Assembly (NCBI RefSeq): GCF_033153115.1
Contig: NW_026889779.1
Span: 15,810,001 to 15,874,000 of the forward strand
DNA: 64,000 nt
Source of the DNA: Saccostrea echinata
Taxonomy: Eukaryota
Direction: 5' to 3'
Shown: positions 21,998 through 33,900 of the stretch, one piece after another
How the letters are laid out: every line of letters begins with the position of its first letter
How positions within the stretch are numbered: position 1 is the first letter of the stretch
The notes under the pieces: model-generated
What the model saw: the letters and a program-made list of their open reading frames with translations, nothing else
Database searches by the model: none
What the model was told of the DNA's origin: nothing
Made by a program: the position numbers and the translations under genes

Positions 21998-24900
21998 CTA
22001 TAAAACAACAAGTCACATTAATATTCACTGGCATACATGAAGTTGGTGTTTGTCATTAAGGTAGTGTGATTCTTAAAAAACAACTATTTAATAGTTTTCT
22101 ACGTCTAAATTTTCATAATTTTTTTTAGCCATCATATTTACCCTGGGCTGATCTGCCTGCATCACACTATCAGGTCCAGGAAGAGGAATGGGCTTGGGTG
22201 TAGAAGCAGGCTGAAAAATACATTAAAAACGAAATTACTGAAACGTGTTTCTTTATATGAAAAGTTTGAACCTAAAATATACACATGTACTAGAACGTTA
22301 ATATTGTATACTTTTTTATTTTAAAAAAATCCTTTTAATGATGATGCTCTGCACACAAATAGAAGAAATCAATGAATAAACCAAAATATGCACATCATGA
22401 ACGATATCTTAAAAATGTTTTGTCACATAGCATGGGCACAAAATTAATTTTATTACTTATCTTTCTTTTTTTTAGTAAATGACAAAATTCTAAAGATAAT
22501 GCATGCACAGAAAAGTAGTCACAATTAGTTTAGCCTTTTGCTTAATATTTCCGCAAAAAAAATATTAGATTAGCAAGCTGGTTAAGTGGCACTGAAAAAA
22601 AAATGTCTGATACAACTGCTGTGCAAAAATAAGCCGAAAGAAAAAAAGTTTGCATAAGCTACCAAAACCCAAATTGCATGTACATGTAAATCATTCATAA
22701 TTTTTTTTAGTGCTGCAGTGTTTTACAGTTAACTATTTCTGTAAATAAAAATTATGTGCGTGAAGGGAAAATGTTTCTTTGTTGATAAAACTTGTTAGCA
22801 TGACAAAGATATAAATTTTGTTGCATGAGGAAACACTAATATTAATAAAGTAAGAACAGGGATAAAGATCTGAAGATCCTTTGTTAGTGTCTATAGATAC
22901 TAAATTTGGTAATTTTTACAAACCGAGGTACTAGTGATTGAACTAGCAGTAGTGGTAGATTTGTCTGTAAGCTAGAAGGAAGAGATGGATTGTTCATGTC
23001 AAAGTCTTAAAAACAACACTTTCTTGACTCTTTATACACTTGAATGGAAAAATGTCTTTGTTTCACACTAAATATTAAAGGTTCAAGGTATCATATGATA
23101 AGGTTATTATTCTTTTAGACAGAAGAGTGCAGTTATTTTGATTCATAAGTATACTTGTCATTTTTCAAATCCATAAGGATTTTTAAATGCACAAATGTAA
23201 TGGAATTGAATACTAATATAATTACATATATTGCAAAATAGTAAAAATATTCAATATTACATAGATCAATCAGATCTATAGTATCAGTACAACTAGTTGT
23301 GAAATGTCACTAGAAGTTCATTATATATTGATTTTGTACAGAGTCTTCAAAGCTCCTGCTTTAATACATTATGTTTTAATGATTTCTATGATAATTTACA
23401 GTTATTCAGCTGTATACATGTATGTGAAACATTAGAATTAAGCCCTCAGCATTGAAAATTATTAAAGCTGCCATGACAAGCAGGTTTTCGATTATTATTT
23501 TATGACACTTACCTTTTCTGATGGAAGTCTGATGATGTTGGAGCTCATCTAAAACAGAAATACATTTTCATAAAACATGCATATACAATTAAGAAGAGTC
23601 TTTAACCAACAATATTTTTTATGTACTTATCTTGTCATCAAAAATTTTAATACTTAACTTAAATAAGTGTTATCAAAGAATTTAGATTTATTTTCTAACT
23701 TAATGTTTGGCATAGCTAGCTGTCACATGTAAATCTACAGAATATGTAATACATATAACAATGAAATATAGTAATACTTGTTTATTTTATTCATTTAGAG
23801 TTGTTTAAAAAAACCTGGTTGCAAAAAAAAAAACACACTTCAGAATAATTACTCTACTGGTTTTCACCTGCTTACAAAACTATAATAAAAGCTGCAAAAG
23901 CAGATTGTGACAAAATAAAAATTTCCCATATTTTATCCTCCAAACATTTTCTGTGAGACAGTTTGTTTTATCATAGATATACTTTATTTTTTTAAACAAT
24001 GACATGCTTAGATATACATGTGCACTCTCAAAATCACCAAACAAAATAGAAAGCATGTGATATGAATATCATATTGTATGAAAAGATGAATTTCAATTGA
24101 CCAGTATTTCAATATTTTGCTTTTTTAAAATTTAATAGTACCATTTTCTTCTTTGTGCAGTTTTGACCATTTATACCTTAATTCAACAAAGATGCAATGA
24201 CAAAAGCTCCATAGTTTGCAGAAAGCATTTTTAGTCCCCTTTATAATTTAAAAGTTAGTTAAAAGCCCAGTGAGAGCCCATGCTTTTTTTTTTAAAACAA
24301 TCAATTTGTGATTCTTAAAATATTTAAACAATAAGTATCAATTAAATCCAGAGAAATCCATAACATATGCTTTTGATGAGTAAGATTTAATTATCTCTTT
24401 TACAATATAAGTCTGATTTGCTAGAGATTACTGTAAAAAGATGTTGGAAAAAAGTATTACTCCAGAACCACAATATAAGCTCTGCACTTTCCTTTGTATT
24501 ATCTAAGTAATGCTTTAATTAGCAACAAATATTCATTTGTGTAGCGTACAGTGAAAACTCACCCTGACCAATCGTCCCTGAACACAGTATTTGTAAAATG
24601 AATGACATGTGCAAAAATAAAACTTTTCATAAAATGTCAATACAATCAAAATGCACCTAAATTTAACATTATATTAAAGCTTTCTGACACACAAATACAA
24701 AACTATTTACATTATTATATTCTTTAATTACCTGGAGTTGTTTAAATCCCTCTGTCACTCTTACATAAACTTCTTCCTCTTTTAGGGTAAAAGTCATGGT
24801 ACCAATGGGAAGATTTCTTGCCGCATACAGCATGTTGTTAAAGTCTTTAAATGTTACAAGTCCCTGTTACAACAAACAAAATTATTATTCAGTGTCCCAA

Positions 24901-27900
24901 AGATCCCAGAATATCATCTACATAAAACTATGAGGACAGTAATCAATTTTGGCAACAAATGATCAATTTATCTGTGACAACAAACTTTAATTTCATTTTT
25001 TTTCCATGCATAACCATGCATCAATTGAAAATTTTTCAGTTTGCTACAGTCATAGATATAAAAGTAAACACAATACAGAGATTTCTCCTATAAATACAAT
25101 GAATGCTTACGCCGCCATTCCCATTTCCACCAGTTCCAGGGCGCCCAGGAGGGCCAGGTGGTCCCTGGATATAAGAAGGATCTCCCTTTCTTCCTGGATC
25201 ACCTTTGTCACCCTTCTGGCCCTGAGAGAAAGAATTATCTCATGTTCAGTAAAAACTAGAATCTCCAATAAACATTTAGTTATTATGTCATTTTATAGTC
25301 CCAAAAAGACTCAGAAACTTCAACATTAACAATTTCCTTTTTCTGTGGAACATTTACACTTTCCACTGATCAATTACATGAAGTGTTGAATTCCCAGTAC
25401 CCACAGACAGCACATGATTTAGTAAAATTTTCTAAATATCAATATCAATATCAGGAAGTCTACATTTCCCAGAATTCACTTTTTGACACTAAAATTTTAA
25501 AACAAATAGGAATCGAAATCTCCTCAAAAATACTTAATTTATTGGTCCCTAAAACTCCGAGATGGAACTCATGCCGACAAATGAGAAGGTTGACTGACAA
25601 CTACTAAATTGGTAAACTGTTACAAAGAACTTATTATACGTTACGGCTCATACCCGTTGTCCAGGGAAGCCACTGGGGCCTGGTTGTCCAGGGAAACCTC
25701 TTTCTCCTATCATATTAAAAATTAAGACTTTAATGAATAAATCTTGCGAAAATTTTCAGATTAACATGCAATTGCAGCAATTTACAAGCATTACGAGTTA
25801 CAAACAGCACAAAAAATAATTGAAAACTAACTCCTGAATATTTGATTTTTAAAATAATTTATTTTAAAAAGTACTGCTCTTGTGAAGTGGATGATAAAAT
25901 ACCTGGTACTCCTGTTCCAGGAATGCCTGGTAAACCTCTCTCTCCACGATCTCCCTATAGTAAGAAAGTTTCCAGCATTAAATCACAAAAATACATGTAC
26001 ATAAGAAATTCCAATATTTTGCAATAGAACCCTTGCAGTTGAACATACCTTAGCTCCACGAATGATTTCTCCACTTGGACCTAAACCAGTTCCAGGGGGA
26101 CCAGGAGGGCCAATGTCTCCCTTATCTCCCTTGAACCCTCGAGGTCCAAATCCTCTGTCACCTTTCCTTCCGCGGAAACCTCTACGGCCCTAAAATTATT
26201 ATACTCCTAATAAAATATGTCATCTTAAGAGGAAAGCAAGAACTTTTTTCCATAGCAATTTTTTCAAATTAAAAGTAGAATAAAGATGTTTCTTATAAAG
26301 TTTTCCATTTTACATTTTGTGAAAATGCATAAAAAAATTGTCTACTCCTCCTCTTGCAACAGTTTATACAAGACTTGTTTATCACTTTAGTAATTTAATT
26401 GACATCAGTAACAATCACTAGGGAGCAAACAGTCTTAGATTGCTAATGCTGGCCTATACTAACTGGTATTCCTGGCATTCCAATGTCTCCTTTACGGCCT
26501 GGAAGACCACGTGGTCCAACTGGACCTGGGAGTCCTGGTTGACCTGGGACCCCTGGTTCTCCTTTCAGACCCTAAAAATAATTAACAAAATTCACTGTGC
26601 TTTAATGGTATCTGATAGCTGATTATTCTATTAAGTCTAGTGTAAACTGTATGAATCATCTGCAGCTCAAAAATATTTTTAAAAAATTCAATCACAACCA
26701 GTCAATGCCAATATCATACCACCAGAGGCTTTCCACTTCCCCCATCTCCCGGTAGTCCAGGAGGTCCAGCTGGTCCAACAGGCCCTGTGTCACCTCTATC
26801 ACCTTTTGGACCCTGAAGAAAGCAGACATAGTTTGCATCATTAGGATATTAATGCATCCAAACATTTCAATATGTATAGGAAATTGTATTATTGAAACAG
26901 CATACTGAAGTCTTAATACTTATAATTTACTTACAATAAGTCCTTGAATTCCAGTGTCTCCCACGGACCCCTTGTCTCCCCTATCACCTTTGTCACCCTT
27001 TTCTCCATCTTTACCAGGTAATCCCGGTGTGCCAGGTGCTCCCTGAAGACCAGTGTCTCCCTTCTCTCCCTACAAATTTCAATACATCCTATCAAACTCA
27101 ATTAAAACCAGGAATTATTTGATCATCAAAATATTTTATTCATTGCATGGATTGGGCCTAAAAGCAGGCATGACTGCCTACAATTTTTACCTCCATATTC
27201 TCAGACACACACTCATTATTTTTTGAATTTTTGCTGAATGCAACTAATTTTAGTGAATACACACCTCTTCTAAAGTCACAGTCTGTCACCCACTGGCACA
27301 TACCACGTAATAATACGATATTACCTGGCCAAAATGTCCTTTTGACACTATGAAAAAGTTATCACTATCCCTGCGAGGTTTATTACTTAAACCAAGTTTT
27401 ATTTGATTGCAAGAAATATTCACAAGTTACTAGTGATGGGATTTTTTTTCATAATCCATTATCGGAATAATTGGATGCACTATAATCGGTTAAAAATCGA
27501 TCAATTTCAAATATTATATTTGTTCATTTTTGAATGAAGAATAAATTGGTTAGAAATTCTAGAGTGATATCTAGAATACATTTTTGAAATATTTTGTATC
27601 ATTGGGTTCATTTATTAGATTATTATTTAGGATTTAGTTAAATTCAAAGAAGAATGAATCAAAATTCAAAGGAATAATTTGCTTTTAACTAATATTTTGA
27701 GTAATCGATTATCAAAATTATAATCGATTATCTATAATCGGGGACCATTTTGATTAGATAATCGATTAATCGGTACATCACTACGAGTTACACTACTTTC
27801 TTTTCGCAGTGAATATTTCTCGCCATGAACTATTAAGAGGAATGAAAAAGGTGGAGATAACAAACAGTGATCGATCTCAAAAAATGCACAAACAATACAG

Positions 27901-30900
27901 ATCTGTGAACAGGGCATAAAAAACAGACTCCTGGAAACTCCAGAGGTGGGATCAGGTGCCAAGGAGGAGTAAGCATCCCTGTTGACCGGTCACACCTGCC
28001 ATGAGATCTATGTATTGATCAGTTGACAGAATATTCCATAGACAAATTTAGTATAACAAGCATTCTGAGAGTATTGCATTAGCAATACTAGTCCCCTACC
28101 GGCAAGTGTAATCTGGTTCTCATTAAAAATTAAAAATGCTGTAATTCCGTCAAAAAATCATTGAAGTGGAACATAATGCAAACTTGATCTGTAACTCATC
28201 AAGATACACTCACATACCAAAAATCAGCTCAATATCTGAAAGCGTTTAGAAAAAAAGTGCGGAAAACCCTAAAAAATTAAAAAGGCCGTAATTCCCTCCA
28301 AAATCAATGAAGCGGAACGAAATTCAAACTTGATCTGCAACTTATTAATATACACTTACAAACCAAAAATCAGCTCAATAACTCCAAGAATTTAGAAAAA
28401 AAGTGCGGAAAACCAAGTGGGACAGACTGACAGACAGACAGACTCAGAGGAAGCCTATAGTCCCCTCCGGTTTCACCGGTAGGGGAATAAAAACAAAGGC
28501 CCTAAAAATTGGTTTGAAAAACGTCAGCCAAAATATGACCCAATGATAGGTTATACTTGCTAACAAGGTCATTAGAACAACCACATAATTCACAAAATGA
28601 CTTTAAATGTGGTTGTTGAAATCCCTGTAACATCAACTTATTTGTCAGTAGCCTGCTTCAGTTTAAAAATTGATCGTACTTAAAGAGCATGCTCTTGAGT
28701 ATCAAATAAGTTGGGAGATGTAAACTATATGCAGATTGGGAAATCACATGAAGCTGGTCACATGATCAAATCCCACAATTCCCAAAGGGCATTATTTGAT
28801 CATGTACCAACTTCATATTGTATCCTAATGAAACTCTAAAAAATGATATTTTATTTCTTATATTTAAATTTCTATTTTGGTTTGTGTTACAAAGAAAAAC
28901 TTGCACTTTTTAGATGCTGTAATAGAAATGCAACAAACATACAAGTACATGTACAACATCATATGTGATGTCACAGTCTAGACTTTCCCATTGTCTTGTG
29001 CAGTTTGCTTTCCATAACCAAGAAAGTCTGATCACGTAACTAACTTCAAGTCATCAGAAATTGAATGTCAATTTCGTTAATATCATCATTTAAGGAAACA
29101 CACAGGCAAATATTTTGTTTGTGTATTTCTGAAGAATAATACCTTCGTTGCAGAAATTTGTTGTTGTGGAAAGCTTTCAAATTGACATGTTGCAAATAAA
29201 AGTTGTCGTGAATAAAGAGTTGGTTTACAGTTTAACCATATGTAAAAAGTCTGGAAACTCTCATATTCAAGCCAACCATCCTCATCATTTTTAAATCAAA
29301 GGTGTTCTTACCTTTTGACCAGGTAATCCATCTACACCTTCTACTCCCCCTGACCCGGGCTCTACTACACTGATGGCTGGTCCAGGAGGTCCTGGGGGTC
29401 CAGGAGGCCCTGGGGATCCCTCTACCCCATCTTTTCCATCTTTACCTGCAACACCAACACCCTGCTCTCCCTTTTGACCCTATGTAATGGAAGATTTTAA
29501 CAATCTTTACTTCTGAAATAATTTAAAGAATTCTACAAGTAGGTCTGGCAATCCATAATTGTGTAAGAAATTTTTGACTTTGTTTATGACTATATACAAG
29601 TGAATTGTTATGTTAACTGAACATTTATTAGGAATATTAACCTTTGGTCCCTGTAGTCCTGGGAGGCCAGGTTCACCTGCTACACCTGGCAAACCAGGGG
29701 ATCCCATTGCACCTGTCTCACCCTGTGGCCCCTGTGGCCCTACACGTCCAGGTTCTCCCTGGTAAACAAAATTAAACAATAAGCTCTAAATCTACGTCAC
29801 ATCAAGTCCACAGCTTAACTAAACATGATTCCCTTTAATATTTAGTAGTCTTTTAAGAACAAGTGCTGGTAAGAGTATGATCATTTGAATGCATATGCAA
29901 ACAATCTTATTGACATGCTTATAACCAAGTGCAAGGGACAGATGATTTTGCTTAGTAATAAATGTAATTTGTTATATCCATTAAGTTCACGCTATTTAAC
30001 AGCCACGGGGAATAAAAATCACTTCGCAGTTAGTGTCTGTTCATAGTAAGCATGTTCGCTATAAGCATGTTTTACTGTATTCTTCTAAGGATAATCTTAG
30101 TGATTTCTTTAAAACCATCCTTTTGCTCTAAAGATAACTTTATTTCACACCAAATTTTCTTGCTTTATTTTTTAAAATCAATTTAATGTTCTTACAAAAT
30201 AATGATGAAACATTAATATCTTATGGATATGAAAAGAGAAGATTATCCTGTACATACCGTGGGACCTGGTTCCCCTCTTTTGCCTGCAGGTCCCTCCTTT
30301 CCTTCTGGACCTTGAAGTCCCCTCTCTCCTTTCTCTCCTCTAGCTCCTGGGGGCCCAGGTAAACCTCTGGGTCCCATTGTGCCATTGATTCCATCTCGTC
30401 CTGGTGTCCCAGTACAGGTACAGTCTCCTCCACACCCATCCCCAGATCCAGAGAATTCCTGGAGATTTATATATAATGGTAAGTAAAGATTAATTTGCTT
30501 GAAGGCAGGGTTTGTTATAAAAAAGAATACAAAACTTGACATTTTAACAGATAGAAGCAGCTGCTGATACTGGAATTTTTTATGAAGACATTTTCAACAA
30601 AAATTTAATTTCCTCCTTAAAATTGCCACAATTATCAATAAACTTCTGCACTGAAAATTTTCAGCAATGACTAAAGATGTATTTTGTTAGTTCATGAATC
30701 AACAATAGACTAACCAGATCATCACCAAGCCCTGTCATATCCCCACGAATGGGAGAAGACGAACATGTTCCAGGGGGTCCTTGGAGTCCAGGCAAACCTG
30801 GTACCCCCGGGGCTCCAGGGGCACCTGGCAGTCCCCGGGGTCCAATAGCACCAGCTGGACCAGTTGGTCCCTCTGGTCCTGTCTGTCCATCTCGTCCGTC

Positions 30901-33900
30901 TGTCCCTGGTTCGCCCATATCCCCCTGAAAGCAAACAAGCAAGTCATCTCACAAAATTTACTATTATTGAATACCTTTTGTTTTATAAAATTTTTGATAA
31001 TTTATCCAAATTAGATTTCATAAAAATATTACTAAAAACAAAATATTTATACATAATTGTATTAGTTTTACACATTCTCATCATAAATAGTTACTCACTG
31101 ATACAGAGCAATGTAACATTTGTAACAGTGATTATGCTACTGTGAGTTCAAAATGTACCTTTTGACCTCGCGGTCCAGCAGGACCTTCTTTCCCCGGTAT
31201 TCCAGCTGGTCCTGGCATTCCCTGGAAAGTAATAAAATTATAAATATTATTTAACATTTTACTCATTTGTAAAAACTCTATATATTTTTGAGGATTTTTT
31301 TTTTCAGTTTTGCTTTTTTAATGAAGGTAACTTAATTATGTGGCAAGAACACTTGTAAAATAAATTTGAATAATTAATAGTTTGATGAAAAGGACATTAA
31401 ACTGCATATTCAACACAAAATGAAAAGTTACTTTCCTTGGAAAACATTGAAACTTTGTTAAATATATCAAGAAAAAAAACAACATAAACATTATACAGGA
31501 AACAGACCAAAACAGAATGAATCCAAATAATGATAATGCACCAGAAGCAAAAACATCTTACAAAGCAGGAATTAAATCAGTATTTTATCCACTAGTAATA
31601 TTTCCAATAAAAACACATTTCAGGTAAAATCCTTTACCTGCTCCCTTTGTATGATAGCAAATGGAAATTGAGAAATTGACATCAGTTGCACATTTATAGA
31701 GACATGACTATAACAAAACATTTAATATGTTGTTGAAAATGATATCCATGCACCTAAATATTATAATCATTATGTTCCAAGTAACAAGCGCCTGTAATTA
31801 TGGTCTACTTACAGGAAGTCCAGGGTCTCCTGCCTCTCCCCTTGGTCCTGCAGGTCCAATGAGATCTTTGATGTCACCATCAAATGTACCAGGTTCTCCT
31901 GAAAATCATAAGAGGAACATTGTCAACATATTTGACCTTGTAACTATTTAAATGAACTAAGTGAAAAAAAGTGTTTTATTTCAATTTATTAAAGAGCTAA
32001 AGCCACGAACCATCAAATTTGGCCCCGTGTTTTTCCCAAAAATAAAGTTTCGATTCAACAAGAGTACTATACATTAAATGTTAGAGGACAACATACTTGT
32101 TTTCCATACATAACTTATTTTGTTAAATAATGCGCCATTAGGCATGTGCGATGGTTGGAACATGCGACGGTGTGATAAAAAATTTAAAAAATGCCGATTT
32201 TTCTACAGATTTTCCCAAAGTTAGATGTCGCCACAGTCAAGAACAACTTTTATACTTACCACAGATATAGATATTGCCGATACAAATCTTTATGCTCATT
32301 ATCGTTGTTGTTCGTGGGTGTGGCCAATATGAAATTTGATTTTATATTTAAATTTTGATGCATCAAATAATCACTAATTTGTAAATCAATCGTTAACATT
32401 TAATTCATACAACAATAAAAAATTATACATTTCACAAAATATGCAAGAAAAGCAATCTATTGTTCGTTTAAAATGCTTATTGTGGAAAAACACCTTAAGA
32501 ATAAATATTTTCTGAAATAAATATCTGAAAAAACATGGTTTTTATTGTGAATAGGTCCATTATATATGACCTTACTAATAATACGTCAGTTGTGACGTCA
32601 TAAAGGCGCTAAACTATTTGGAATGTTTATGCTCTCGAGTGTTGCCATTATTTGTATGATTTAAGCCCAACTGGATGATACCATCAAATTATTAATTATC
32701 AGAAATTCACACCAAATTGTTTTCTTTACTACCCTTCACCCCCCCCCCCCACCCACCACCACCAATGGCTGCTTTTTAAAGCTGTTGTTAGACTTCAATT
32801 TTATATTTAAGCATTTTTTTTTAATTCATATATTTATTTTTATTCATTTAATTTTTATATTCTTGAGACAATTTTAATACTATTTTGCGTGTTTACAGAC
32901 ATGACTCAAATTGTAAACAAATTAATAGAAAACGTGCAAAGATATCACGCTAGTACCTTTGTATTGTACAACAAACGAAATAATTAAAACATAGCTTGCT
33001 GTGCAAAGTGAAAATAATAAAAAAGAAATTAAAAAAACGCATTTGAATAATCATCTACATTTCGGCTAAACAGAATCTAGGTCACGGGCATGGGTTCATC
33101 AAGTGCAATTGTTTTGACGAAACCCGATATCGGTACACACATACACGTATACTATAACAATACATTATTTTGTACCAGCATATATAAGCCATCGATATAA
33201 TAACTGTGTTTAAAAAATCCTCTGAGATGATTCTTATGCATGTACACAAAAGGGTGAATTTCCATCCTGCTTCAAAAGCATATATATTTTTCAATGTCTG
33301 CATTTAATAAATTCGAAGTGAGGATATTGATGATGCATGTGAACCTATAACACATAAATGATTTTGTTATCATTTGTGAAACATAATCCAATTAATTACA
33401 CCCCCGTGAGCAAAAATGCATAAAAAATATCAGAGTATGTCTTAGAAATCCAGTATAAAATGTTAATGCTTCTTTTACTGTGCTCCAAATATTTCATAGT
33501 TACTATCACAATTTAAGTAATTTATGCTTCTGATCGTCAGTTAGTGGAAGGGGTATTGGTTTTAAATCTATTTAGACAATATAAAGAATAAAAATAAATA
33601 AATAAAATAAAGTAAGCTACATATCAATTACTCTTAAGTTTTTTTTTTATCTGCCACCATTTCTTCATTGCGACTGTAAGCATGGGTTTTGTTTTATCTA
33701 AGAATTCAGCACCATGAAAACTCATAAAGAGAGAGAGAGATTCCTTAAAATGTGTTTAAAAATCAAAACAATAAACCAGGAATATGTTCTCTGAAACGTA
33801 TGGGCGTAAGTTGTTTATAGCTGGATATTTTAAACCCAACGATGTAGATTTTTTTTTTGATAATACATGTAATAAAAATATTTTTTTTTAATCTATTGTC

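Larger units (their letters stand above)
27384..29231. mobile_element. Old Tc1/mariner-type MITE split by later insertions
   Basis: tacttaaaccaagttttattt... at the left, ...aataaagagttggtttacagt at the right. Confidence 0.5.

Noticed and set aside
21806-22210. Loss of the N-terminal zinc-binding histidines of endostatin
   Set aside because: Visible (QPRLYMYALN), but collagen XV also lacks this zinc site, so it is not unusual for a multiplexin.
31638-31644. Possible 7-nt collagen micro-exon (aag|ggagcag|gtaaag on the - strand)
   Set aside because: It would shift the frame between two exons that already join in phase 0.
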